A DNA stretch of 63,827 nt, filler included, from Diploschistes diacapsis (taxonomy: Eukaryota), in assembly GCA_023645945.1 (NCBI GenBank). It is 6 parts of 6 records of this genome, joined end to end, with 100 filler letters (N's around TTAATTAATTAA, not from the genome) between each part and the next. Parts side by side here need not be neighbours in the genome. Positions count along the whole stretch, not along the records: positions 42,650 to 53,191 come from JALAIB010000915.1; positions 53,292 to 63,827 come from JALAIB010000916.1; 4 more parts are not named here. One strand, written 5' to 3'. The notes beneath the pieces were generated by a model that was not told where the DNA came from, did no database searches, and was given only the letters and a program-made list of their open reading frames with translations. Shown in pieces: positions 47,311 to 59,468 of this stretch. Numbering within the stretch: the first letter of the stretch is position 1; the number at the start of each line of letters is the position of its first letter. Both the position numbers and the translations under genes were made by a program.

Positions 47311-47654
47311 CTCCAACCCCTTCCTGTGGCTTAGGCATTAAACGCCCTTGTTGATCTTCTACTTATTCGGCAAGTGGGTTGCTGTGCTTTGTAGGACGGG
47401 CACTTCGGACTGACTTCCACCATCATTACGACCAACCCACTGGGTAGGAATTACGAGGTACGCCGAGGACCCTGATTATTCCAAGTTCTGTACTTCACCA
47501 CCAAAAGGTTGAAAAAGGTAGCGCTATCCAATTCTCATACCTCGCTCCGGTTCTTATAACTACCCTCACATAATGTCATGGTAGCAAAGAAGTCTCAAAA
47601 AATTTACCTCCATTCTCATTCAACTATTGCCGTCACATTTCGTATAATCTAAAG

Positions 47655-49277
47655 ATGCTGTATAAGGGCATTTCAGCAGCTCTGGTGCTGCTAAATGCGG
47701 TCGACGTTCGCGGCCAAAGCTCTCTAGGACTTGCTGGTGTGATATCAGACGCTGCAAGCCTTGCCTCAGCCCTCGCAGCATCTAGTTCAGCAGCATCAGC
47801 ATCCGCCACAGCTTCCACAAGCACTACACCCACATCACAGTCGACGACTTTGCAAACTTCACATACAGCCTCAGCAGCTGCAACATCCGACCCAAGCTCC
47901 AATGGCATAAATCCCCAGGCTCGAACCATTATCCTCGCAGTGTGCATCCCAGTGGGTTTACTATTACTTGGAGCCTTGATTGGCTGCCTCTTGTGCTGCT
48001 GCATCAGGCGCAGGAGAAAGCACCGGCGTGCCGCCACTCCTGAAGTAGCTGAAGTGGGCAGAGATGACTGGAGACGGGGCGACTCTGCACACCACGGTTA
48101 CGTGAGCAGCGACAGCGACCTGAACCGCCACCCGAAAATCCCAACAACAGCATCACAAGATTCTGCACCGTTGATGGCGGAGACCGCAGAAAAAACAGCG
48201 CCATCGACGTCTGTCCATCCAGCATACCGCACTCACTCTTGGGGCAGTCCAAGCAACGTCAACTCGCAGAATCCATTCACTCCTCCACCGCCTGTTGCCC
48301 GTAAACCTTTGCCAGGTGGACACCACAATGGCCGCCCGGCTCTTGCAGCTGGAGCTGGCGCTGCGGCAGGTGCAGCTGCACTTCGTCAACATCATAAGAA
48401 GCAAGATGAGCAAAAATACACAAACCCTCACCATCCTCTCAGCTCGCATCCGACGGAACCGTCTCCATATACCCGTGAAGGGGAACTAGCACGTGATTTC
48501 AGGGATCCTAACCGCCCCCCAACTCCGTTTGGCCTTAACTCTTTCGGCGCGGAAAAGAAAAATCCGGACTACGCTGTTGTCGATCCTGTGGTGCCCACTG
48601 GAGAGAGTGAATATACCTCTCCACACAATGTGAATTATCCTACAGAAGCTCAGAGGCGTTCACTATCCGAGCGGGATTTGATTGGTGCCGGACAGAGTAT
48701 GGCAGCACCCGAGCCATCTCTTCCCGAGCGTTCCCCTAAGCGTTCTTCATTCGGCAATTCTGGGTATCTCAATCAGTACGGCTCGGCAAGACCATCATTC
48801 AACGATAACAGCTACACCGGTAATGATTCCGATACTAGCCACGAGTCATGGCAGAGTGCGCAAGGAGCCCAAAATCACGCCCAACCTCAAGCTCAGCATC
48901 CCTATTACGAGGATACGCAGCCGGTTCGAACTCAAGCTCGACATCCATATTACGAGGATGCACAGCACTATGACCCGGATCCAAGGCAAAGCGAGGACTA
49001 TAGCTACGGCGACGGCAATAGATTCAGCAACGTACCATTGGTTGCCCCGAACCCTGTGTGGAATGACAGCCACAGAAGCCACAGAGACAGTTCCGAAAGC
49101 TCTTCTTCGAGAATCCAAGATAGTCCTTGGAGACTATATGGACCCGATGGTAGCCCAAGGAGGAGTATCGGGCCGGACGGAAAGCCAAGACGATTGAGAT
49201 TTAGTGATCTACAGCCACAAGAGTATCGCTACGATTACGATCACCACGACGCTCACACGGTGGGCCAGGCTTTATGA
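47655..49277 (+). CDS. Single-pass type I membrane protein: signal peptide, Ser/Thr/Ala-rich ectodomain, long disordered cytoplasmic tail (Mid2/Skg-like architecture)
   Basis: Hydrophobic N-terminus; S/T/A tract; TM IILAVCIPVGLLLLGALIGCLLCCCI followed by RRRRKHRR; 540-codon intronless ORF. Confidence 0.85.
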   Translation: MLYKGISAALVLLNAVDVRGQSSLGLAGVISDAASLASALAASSSAASASATASTSTTPTSQSTTLQTSHTASAAATSDPSSNGINPQARTIILAVCIPVGLLLLGALIGCLLCCCIRRRRKHRRAATPEVAEVGRDDWRRGDSAHHGYVSSDSDLNRHPKIPTTASQDSAPLMAETAEKTAPSTSVHPAYRTHSWGSPSNVNSQNPFTPPPPVARKPLPGGHHNGRPALAAGAGAAAGAAALRQHHKKQDEQKYTNPHHPLSSHPTEPSPYTREGELARDFRDPNRPPTPFGLNSFGAEKKNPDYAVVDPVVPTGESEYTSPHNVNYPTEAQRRSLSERDLIGAGQSMAAPEPSLPERSPKRSSFGNSGYLNQYGSARPSFNDNSYTGNDSDTSHESWQSAQGAQNHAQPQAQHPYYEDTQPVRTQARHPYYEDAQHYDPDPRQSEDYSYGDGNRFSNVPLVAPNPVWNDSHRSHRDSSESSSSRIQDSPWRLYGPDGSPRRSIGPDGKPRRLRFSDLQPQEYRYDYDHHDAHTVGQAL

Positions 49278-50309
49278 AGCTCAAGCTATGGCATGGTTTC
49301 ATGAATTTGGTGATCCTTTTTCCTATCTATTTGTACTTTAGCGGATACGACCGTATGCAACCGAATACCCCTTGACGATGAACACCGTTATGCTATGCAC
49401 ATATCTTTTGAAAATCATTATTAGTTGTACTGTACACGTCATACCATTGGACTATTGATATCCATTACATCAGGCAGTTCCATTGTGCACATTGACTTTT
49501 GATGTCTGCTCGCGGTCTTCGTGCTTTAGCTTCTATAAATATCTATCTTGGGATGTATCCCGTTGCCAAACCGGGAAAATACAAGTCTCACTCGCGTTAT
49601 ATTGTTTCTTTATTCACAGCGAACCGATATACAAGTCCGCTACGCTTAATGACAAGGTAAAGATCACACGGTATGACTCAACAAGCCGAGAAATGGCTCT
49701 CAGAGACGCTGTCACCACTGAGAGATACTAGGCTATTCCAGGCGGACCATGCTTTCCACGTTCCACGCGTTTGTGTCATCGCCCTAGCGTTTCATATTCT
49801 CATTAGCTGGATATTCCACGAATGTTGTCTTGGATCTGCGCGCCAATCTCGTCCCATGACCCCGAATCTAGGGCCATAGCTCTATTGTTACTGCTACCGG
49901 TCCTGTGAATCTCTCACTCGCTATACATCCAAGAGAGAATTGTTAATCTTCGGTTCAGTATAGCAGCGCTCCATGACCCACCGTGGCTGCTCCAGCCTAT
50001 TTTTCCGTCAGATCACTTGAGCCTGGTATTCTCCGTTGAATCTAATGGCTGGCTGTCGATTCACAGCACGTGCAGAGGATCTGGAAATCTATATATTGCG
50101 GCCTTCCCCCCCTTCCCTCTTCCAACCTTACCCCCTACACATCATCTGAGTCGGTATCTGGGTTTCAATCCAAACACAGACGATCCTACTCTGCACTCTG
50201 CTCACTGAGCATCAGATAACAAATTCTATCATCAGGTAACAAGCTCAAGCAGGAGAAGTGTCGAAGCTTATACCTTCGCCAGCTCAAATTCTTCCTTCAC
50301 GAATTTGAA

Positions 50310-51116
50310 ATGGCGCAGATTGAACAAGACTTGAAGTGAGTTTCACCTCCCCATCTTTCCATTACCCACGCTTATACTTTTAAGCTTCCCGTTCGAGCAC
50401 ATCAAGGGGCACTTGACCAGTGCTCTACCCCTTGATTTACCAGGCAATCATGACAGCCGCCGTAACAGGAGTAAGTTACCAAACCCGGCACATTCCTAGC
50501 TCCTGCGGCTGACCAATATCCTCTAGCCTCCGCGGAGACTATGGTCTACAGAAGTCGCGAGTTCTCTCACATGGCGTTTCCCAACCACCAAGAAGGTATA
50601 GACAGGTTCTACCTTGGGACGAACACATTCTACATGCCAATCTGGGCTCTTACTGGTGTCGTCCGCGGTAGCCACGACGAGATGGCCGCTAAGGTTCGTA
50701 AACTGACTCTGGAGAGCTGCCTTTGGTTTTCTCGAGTAGGACTTGTGGAGGCATTGAGACGATTCCCCAACGTGACCCACATCACGCTCGAGCTTCCGGT
50801 CGGTGGAGTCACCGCGTATGCTTATGCCAGTGACGTCGAAACGTGCAACGGCGAGGACGTCGGCATTGATGACCTTGCCGACATTGAACAAATGCACTTG
50901 ATCCAGGCTTTTATGTATGATATCGACAAGAACCTGGACAAGCTTCGAGAGACTCAGATCATCATCATTGGCGAAGATGGTCAACGCTACGATAGTCTCT
51001 ACCCGGGCTACCCAACTTGGGTGCGCGGTGTCGAACGACAGTTCCAGAGATGGATCTACGAGGGCCGGCGTGGTAAGCATACTTCTCACACCACTTTCTC
51101 TAGACTACAGGACTAA
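50310..51116 (+). CDS. Hypothetical protein, three exons, ~233 aa
   Basis: Exons 50310-50335, 50385-50470 and 50527-51116 (GTGAGT..AAG; GTAAGT..CTGAC..TAG) splice into one open frame of 702 nt. Confidence 0.65.
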
Positions 51117-53191
51117 AAAGGGACAGGCGCGAAGTGTGAGTGTGGGCGCGGGCGCGAGCACGAGCGCGAGACCTGAGCCTTCAATTTGCACGGTTCTTCG
51201 TCTACGACATGGGGCTCTGCTGGACCTACTGACGCAGCACTTCTCATTCTCGGCCATGAAGCACAACCATCTTGAATCGGCGATCACGGCAGCTCAAACT
51301 TACAAATCAGCTGCGCTGTCATCGACCAACACACTTTCGGCATCCAGTCCGCTCGACACATCTTACTGCTTGCTCTAGCTGTCCCAGACCCAGCATCATT
51401 ATTGACAACCATCAACTACGCCCTGCGGCTGAAGACATCTTACAACTCGATGACTATGCATGGGGTTGGGGATACACGGAGTGGACTTTGTTCGACTAAG
51501 TCTCGCCATCGACGCGTCATCAGGTCAATCTTCAGCACGGAGGCAGGAACGGGTGAAAGGCATATACTGTTAGCAGCACAACCACAATAAGTGGGCTCGA
51601 GATCTCGATGCCTGCCACTGGATACCTCATATTAGACTATTAAATCAGTTACCCATGAACCTGAAGACCGAGCCTGTGCATCTCGTAGTGCATTATCTAC
51701 CATCCAACTATACCGTAAATACCATCAGCCTCGTCGACGCCGCACCCCCTTGACCTTCTATACTCAGCCCGGCTTGTTCTCTTTCCTTTCTATACCCGTA
51801 GCTACAAGTCTCTACAATGCTGTGCTCTTACCCCAGTTAGGCATACTATCCCACTAGAACTAGGGCTTAGATCTCGCTTAGAGCCAAAAGAGAGCGTACT
51901 GCCAAGGCGCTAAAGCGCTGAGTTAGCCTTATTTCGCTCTACTTTGTAGGCCATTTCAGGACAGGACAGGTTTTGGCTGCCGACTGTACCGCTTGAGGAG
52001 GGCTTTCTTTTGGCAGAAGGGCGGTTTTGTGGGCGTTTTGGGAGCTGTGATGTCTGGAGTGTACGGAGGAGAAGTTTGTTTGCTAGATTATCCTTTGTGT
52101 TTCCTTTTTCATGGGATGGCTGTTGTGATTTTGAGGTGCTGTTCGTCTCATGATTGAGGGTTCGCTCGATAAGCAGCTGGAGAGTTTCTGTCTTTTGTGG
52201 TTCATGCTTCCTGCGCTTTTGTAACTCATGCCTGCTCTTGTTTCCTGGGACTATTGGGATTGCATGTCCCAGCGAAGCTCGTATTTGGGGGTGCTCGACC
52301 TTTGTATTATTGCCCGCTTGTCATCCTCTCCGTGAACGCACTTGGCGTTCTCGTCGTCTGTGAATTCTCCCGCTCGTTCGAACATTGCATGTTCTGATCG
52401 AGATAGTCAGTTCACGACTATCTGTAATAGGTTACGGTTCATTTCGAAAATCTCTGTATTTCGGACTGATAATCCTTTAAAACTATTAGGTCTATTAGAA
52501 CTTCCGGGGTTTCTTTACCTCACGATAACATAATCATTCTTCAGTGCCCATGGTTCACCTCGCTTCAGACCTCGTGGGGCTGCCTTCTTGTCCATCACAG
52601 CCGCTGACCCTCTACAGGTCTCTGACAATCTTGGACGATAGTAAAGAAGGGCCCGTCGCTGATCACCACCCTCTGGAGTTCCCAGCATGGAAGGATCGAA
52701 CGGAGATATATCAGTAAAGAGACTCAGAATATTCTTCTACTTTCTTTGGCGCTTGAACTGATTTTGTTGTCCTCCAGATTGACACGACAACTCGCTTTTG
52801 ACAAAACTTCTACAAAGCAGTTTCTGCCTACCCCAACGAAATGGGAAAACATTCGACGGTGTTTGGTGCAGGAGAGCGAATTCAATCCACCTACCTCGAG
52901 TGAAGGGGTGGTTAGGGCAAATCGGAGAAACAGATGGTGAAACTGGGCCATGACATATCCATCTACGAGTTGCGTTTGGAACCAAGGCACCACAACAGTA
53001 CGCGCAAGGCTGTATTCCAAACCCACGTTCAAAGCTGCATGTTCAACGACCTTTCATCGTCATCATAGAAATTCCGAGATGGGTCGATAGTAACCTGCGG
53101 TACCCCTCGTCAACGCACACTGCATGTCCGTAGTAGATCCTACCTAGTGGTTCTACAGCAAAGCCCCCCCCCCCCCAGCACAGTCATCACC

Positions 53192-53291
53192 NNNNNNNNN
53201 NNNNNNNNNNNNNNNNNNNNNNNNNNNNNNNNNNNTTAATTAATTAANNNNNNNNNNNNNNNNNNNNNNNNNNNNNNNNNNNNNNNNNNNN
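53192..53291. other. Artificial contig spacer
   Basis: N44-TTAATTAATTAA-N44. Confidence 0.99.
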
Positions 53292-55683
53292 CCCCCCTCC
53301 GGCTCGGACTCCCCCTGCGACTCCTGCTCCTCCGCTGTGGCTCCAACGCCAGTCCGCCAATCCCTCCAGCAAAGGCCTCCCTCAAACTCTCCCTACTGTC
53401 CGTCCGAATGAACAAGCCCTCCCCGCCACCAACGCTCGCGCTGCTCCCGCTCCCGCTGCCACGCAGGTGTCCATGGCCCGGGCCATCCGAGGCAGCAAGA
53501 GTCCCATCAGGTTTCGGCGTGCCGACGCGTAATCGCGGCGTGCCCCATCCCGAGACCCGGCCTTTGCGCATGGAGCCCGAGTCGTCGGAATATAAATCGT
53601 CGTCGCCGCCAGGATAGGGGCTGTCGGCGACGGAGCCGAGCTCGAAGTCCTGTGGGTCTGCGAGGAGGCTGCCTGATTCGAGGAGGGATTGGCGCTGGGA
53701 GATGTCCATTGCGTTGCTGTGCTGCATGGAGGCCGAGGACATCAAGGAGGGTTTCGCGGAGGAGAAGAGGCCGAGACCGAGACCGCCACCGCGGTTGTTC
53801 CGACGGGAGGGACGCGGCTTTGAAAAGGGAGATGGTGAGGGGAAGAGTTTGTGAAAGAGGCGAGTGCGGCGGCCTTTGCCGCAGAAGAGGAAGGCGGCGA
53901 TGCAGAGCATTAGCATGAATAAGAGAAAACCGGGGACGCGGCGGAGCGGTTTGCCGTGGAAGAGGGTATCGTGCCAACTCTCGCTAGAGTTGAGGGTGGA
54001 TAGAAAGGATTCGGCGGATGAGGTGCCGTTTGGTCGTGGGGGGTGGTAGATGCCCGCGAACTGGAAGTCGTCTGGGACGCCGGGCTTGTTGGAACCGAAG
54101 CCAACAGGTAAGGTGTTCGTTTTGTGGGGGGCAATTTCTGAGGCGGCGTAGAGAACCATCTTGCCGAGTGTCCACGAGACTTCCGTACCGTCGATCTTGT
54201 TGACGGCTTGGAAGGGATCCGAATAACCTTTGCTCTTGGCGGAGTCGAGGACATCTTTTGTTCCGTTCGTGCTGCCGTCTGGTAGTCCCTCGAGCCCTAC
54301 GCGCGGGATCCCAATGCCGTTGTGCAGCATGTTGATGAGCCAGCTCGCTTTGAAACAGACCTCTGCCGTAGTAGTCTCTGTGACTTTCTCTCCCCATTTC
54401 CGTGCCGCAACGGACGATGCAATAGCGGCCCAGTCTGTGGTGCAAAATTCATCGACACGCTCTTGATACGTCCTCCAATCGTAAGACTTGTCTTTATGCG
54501 CGAATTCGAAGATTTCGTGGGTAGTGTGCCAGTACTCGGATACGCCTACAAAATGGTTTACTTCGAAGTCGATGGCGGGGACGTGGACACCGTCAAGGAG
54601 ACAGGGGGCGTCGCTGCAAGGGGCGTCTTTGTTCAGAAGAGGCTGGGTGGAGCGGAGACATTCTTGGAAGTTGGCAGTTCCGGTAAGGTAGACCTCTTTG
54701 CCTTTGATTTCATCGGGTGTAAGGATGTCCCCTTTGGTACTGATTGTTAGGCCTTTCGGGAGACACGGGTCCGGGAGCTCTCCTTTTGCAGCACCGTACT
54801 TTTCCATCAGACCCTCAACATACCTTCGCCTTGCTTCATGTACTCCAAACTCCAGCCACGTTGTCACAAAGACGTTGTATTCATCAACATTGCCGTTGAC
54901 CTTCCGAAACCGTAATAGCTTGAGGTCTTCGGCATGCTTGGCAGCTTCCGTTGCATTTGGAGCAAAAGCTATCTGTGCAGAAGCGCCTCCCATATCGAGG
55001 AATCCATATGTGTGGTGCCCTTTCCCGTGCTCATGCTTTTCCGGTGCATCGAAGCCACCCAGTAAATAATTTGCCGCTATCCAGCCATATAGGCCTTCCG
55101 TCTCCCCAGGTATTACTTGGAAATGTAGATTGCAGCTGGAAACTTGGAACTCTGTATTTGAGCGAGTGTAGGCGCATATCCGGTCTAGAAGTCGTTCGCG
55201 CTGAAAATTTGGGAGGAGTCGCATGCCCGCCGTAGCGAGCAGGAAGATGGGTGTAGAAGGAACATATTCTTCGGGAATCTTTTCGAGAGCGAAGTCAAAG
55301 AGCTCTTTGAGATGCTTCTCGCCAACGAGCTCTGGCGTTTCACCAAAAGTAGAGATGCCTTGGGAATTGTCAGACTGGATGCGCTCTCTCCCGCCTTGTG
55401 TCTACATACCGGGATGTATTTTCTTGATCCAATCATGCTTCGATTTCACTACCGGTAACGACTCCAATTCCTTTGCGTCTGCATCCTTATAGGCTCTTGC
55501 AGCATTAAGCCATCTGTAAACATGAAGTCGAGATCCCTTCCTCCTTGTTAGCCCTTCCTTGTGCTAAAGCGGATTGCATTGTTGCATACCGACGAGCCAG
55601 CGTCAATAACAATCCCATATTGCCCTATGACTATATCAGTGTAGCTGAAGTGAGCCATACGGTTTTGACATACACTTTGCCAT
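53292..55683 (-). CDS. YND1: Golgi apyrase / nucleoside diphosphatase (GDA1/CD39 family), 3'-truncated
   Basis: MAKWQYGIVIDAGSS/GSRLHVYRW (ACR1), LLATAGMRLL, GETEGLYGWIAANYLLG, LDMGGASAQI, SWTLG. Single C-terminal TM helix (YND1 topology). Three introns near the 5' end. Confidence 0.92.
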
Positions 55684-57296
55684 GCTAGAGAGTTAGCGGC
55701 CGCGGTAAAGATTCGTAGATTCTATCACAACATGAACATGATCGAGTTGGCAGCACAATAACACTCTCCAGCGAGCGACAGGCGAATCAGAAGGTATTAC
55801 TAGGCATTAAAAAGCGGCGATAGAGTAGAAGAGGTGGAGTAGTAGGGTGATGAGGTGTTACGAGTGCGTTGAGCCAGAACGAGTGACGAGGGGGTACAAA
55901 GATGAGAAGATACGAGGTTAGGAAGTTGCAGTGCGCAGATAATCAGAAAAGGGACTGCGACAGGGGGACTGCTCCGGCGACTCCGGCGACGACAACGCGG
56001 CCTTTGCCGAGTCAGGATTAGTGCACTCAGTGAAGCTTGGCCGCAGATCCCAGAACGGCGACCAATCAAAGGTAATGAAGGTCAACGGTCAAGTCCTGCG
56101 CTATCTAATTTTTAGAGTATTCGCTCTTCCATTGCAGTAACTCGGGGTAAAGAGCGAAGCACGCTAAGCAATGAGCTCCGATGCTCTGCTTGAATGGCCA
56201 TTCATTGGTTATTGGTCTCTCGGTCTTCTAGAAGCTTCGTCTTGACGTTTTCACCGGCAGGGCTGAGGCCTATTAGACCATGATTCGGGATGACATTGGC
56301 CTTTTGAGCTATTCATTAAGACGCAGCTGGGAATGCATCACTATGAACATTCAAAGAAGACGAGAAAAATGCAAGCAAATTAGAGGATCCTACCATTCCG
56401 AGCATGAGACGATGCTGCCAGTCTCAGTGCTGCTGGAGACAAGAATAGTTCTCCCTATTATACATCCTCTGGACCTGGGTCGGGTATGATTGCCCATACT
56501 GACTTGTATCTTGTTGCTGTGGGTGGGTCCAAGAACCACTTGCCTATGCTGTGTTTGAAACGGTGTGCTCGTGAAAGAGCATATGATGAGCTGTGCTTCT
56601 CAGATACCTCGCCATGCCGTTAACGCTATGCAACATTGACGGTTGTACATGTGTCTGGTGCAGCCATCGTTAATAACTGATCAAGCTATAGCTATCTCTG
56701 CTTTGTGCAGATGACGTCCTAGGTAACCTGAACAGGTCCGACATATAATTTGTTTTTCATTTCACAACTCCTTTTCAGTCTCCTTGTCTTGGACTCTTTA
56801 TTGTGCATTCCAAGGTCCTAGAGGTTATGGTACTATTCAGAGTTACCAACACTTGGAAGAATGTATGGGTCTAAGTACCTATACCGCATTGCCCTGGCGG
56901 CGACGGCGTCGGTGTTGAGCCATTTCATTTTGTAATTACATCGGGGTTATAGTTTCAAATCAATCTTATGTTAATCATTATACCGGTGTGACTAGGTGCT
57001 TGCGAGGCTATTTGTTTGTTTACTACACTTCATGTCTTACACCCACACGGAACGGTTCTACACTCTACACTCCATTTGAGCTTCCAGCACCAAAACACCT
57101 GACCTTCCCTTTTCTATATAAGACAACCATCCTACTATCTTCATCTTCCTTCCCTCGTCCTCTCATGACAACTCTTATTCTACGATACACTTTAGCACAC
57201 TACTTCCATACTCATCTCCCTTCCTTCTGGCACTCAAACATTCTATCCCTTCAAAGGATTACGAAGCTAAAAGGGTTTCAAAGGACGTTATTCGCA

Positions 57297-59468
57297 ATGG
57301 ATGTCAAAAAGTAAGTCGGCTCCTTTGTCTGACTACCTTTCTTTGCCATCAATTAGGATGTTCCAAAACATTAGAAGCTCATAATGCTGACTACCCGATG
57401 CCAGAAAACATAGAATGACGGCAAGGGACTTCAGTAGCGTCTCAGCATACTATCAATGGAGGAGTGAGCAGAGGAGTAGCTCTAGTGACGTTTCATCAAC
57501 CGGAAGTCTTAAGGTCTCCCCTAAACAATACTTGAAGAAGCAGAAGGAGCGAAAGAGGGTGGCTGTTGAAACCGCTCGCCAGAAGAAAGCAGACGAACGA
57601 GCTGCTCGAATGACGGTACGTGAAGCTCAGAAGGCTGAACAGCAGGAGATGAAGGCACTCTTTCAAGAGTTGCCCATAGAGATGCCGGCCTCGACAGTCA
57701 AGCTTGACATGGTTAGTACTACCCAAGGTTCTCTGTCCGTAGCATTTGCTTATAATCGCTTCTTTAGAGTTCCAACTCGTCTTGTACGTCTGGAACGGAA
57801 GATGATCTGAAAGAGGAGGGTTCGATTACCGAAAGCAGCGAGAGCAACAATTCGTCTGCTGTGTACCTAACCAAGCATTCAGAGGCCTCGGCAACACCAC
57901 CGATCGATGGACCAACTATTGCGAGTGATAAAGTCTCGATGTTCGAAATAATCCGCAGCAACACCCCTGAAGGTCCAGGTCCCGCCACTTTATGGGGGAT
58001 CCTAGCCAGCCTGTCAAATGCATATGAGGAGCAGCACATCAGCCGGCCTGTTACACCCGCAGCAGCTAGCTCCTCCTTATCCAAAAACCCTGGTCCCGCT
58101 ACCCTTTGGGGTATCCTAGCTAGCGAAACTGAGCAGGTACCCTTTGACAGCATTGACAGCGCCAGTCCTGCCATTTCTGGGGGTATATTGGACAATGAGT
58201 CAAGTCAGCTTGAGAATGATGGTGTTATGGAGCTGGCGCAGCCAACAGTAGATGTTCCTACCTTGTCCGGCAATGGGTCTGGCCTAGTCACACACTTGAG
58301 CATGTTAGTTGATGAGCCGAGCCAGCACTATGAAAATGTTACGAATCTGGCCGAATTCACAACAAACATCCCTACCTTAACCAGCAATGGGGCCGGCCCG
58401 GCTACGCTTTGGGGGATTTTGGCTAGCGAGATGCAGCAGGACGCATCTGGCACCAACACTCGAGTCCCTGAAGCACAGAATGCGTCTGGGGAGATGAAAG
58501 TGTGTCCAGCCCAGGGCGATGCGCATTCTGAATCGTTGATCGTCTTGTCTGGAAGTCTCGAGATCACCGCAGGTGTCTCTAACAACATTGCTGGGTCTTC
58601 CGAAGGTGAAAGCAAACCCGAAGAGGTCGAGAAGGGTGAGTCTCAGGAGGAAACTCACCCGCAAGGGTCAGCCGATTCGTTGGAATATTCTGAAGTTGTC
58701 GAAGTTGTTTGGAACGGGGAGCAATCAGAGTCAGCAGACAGCGAGTACTTCAGCGCTCAAGAAGCTGTCCCACCCACCGGACTGGATATAGAGTCCATCA
58801 CTTACAAGGATGCCCCGAAGGCCGCCAAATGCCCTGAAGCATGCAAGATTCCCAATGAAGAGAGCATCAATATGCAGCTTACCGTTATCGCGAAGCGCAA
58901 CTTTAGCGGCGACACGACCGACTCTACCACAACTGCCACATCGGCCACGCCCAATCCAACACCCACCGACTCGCGTCCCGACAGCGCCGCCACCCAAGCC
59001 TCATCCGCATCCGAGGACGCGCCTTCACCTCGGCAGCAATCCAGCACAAGCAAGGCCCCCGACAGCATCTCCCCCGAAATGCAGTCCGTCCTGCGCTCAA
59101 TCTACGCGCACTTCAACGACCGGTGCGACAACCTCGAGGAGCAAAACAAGCTCCTAGCAAACGAACTCTACACCGTCCAGCAAGAGAACGCCGAGCTGAA
59201 GAAGCAAATCCAAATGGGCGCTGCCGCGGTCAGGGAGACGTCGGAGCACACGAAGGATGCGTTGAAGCGATCGGAAGTCCTGTTGGCAGAGTTCTTGAGT
59301 AATAAGGATAAGGTGGAGGATTTGGAGGGCGAGATGGATGGGATCGTGGGACGGGTGGATAGTATTGAGCGGAGGCTGAGGGTGTTTAGGAGGAATAATA
59401 GGTTGGGTGGGGGCGATGAGGAGGAGGGACGTGTTGATGCGGAGAGTTTGGCATCGGATGAAGATTAG
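57297..59468 (+). CDS. Orphan low-complexity protein with repeated GPATLWGILAS motif and C-terminal coiled coil
   Basis: Exons 57297-57310, 57405-57711 and 57768-59468 splice in frame. TATA-like TATATAA near 57115. Heptad-like LEEQNKLLANELYTVQQENAELKKQI. Confidence 0.75.

Noticed and set aside
47012..47338. Minus-strand ORF with a poly-Lys tract
   Set aside because: Translation of the (TTC)n microsatellite; no other coding signal.
53164..53297. Poly-C tracts on both sides of the last spacer suggesting real adjacency
   Set aside because: Homopolymer and GC-rich tracts are common assembly break points, and contig order follows length.
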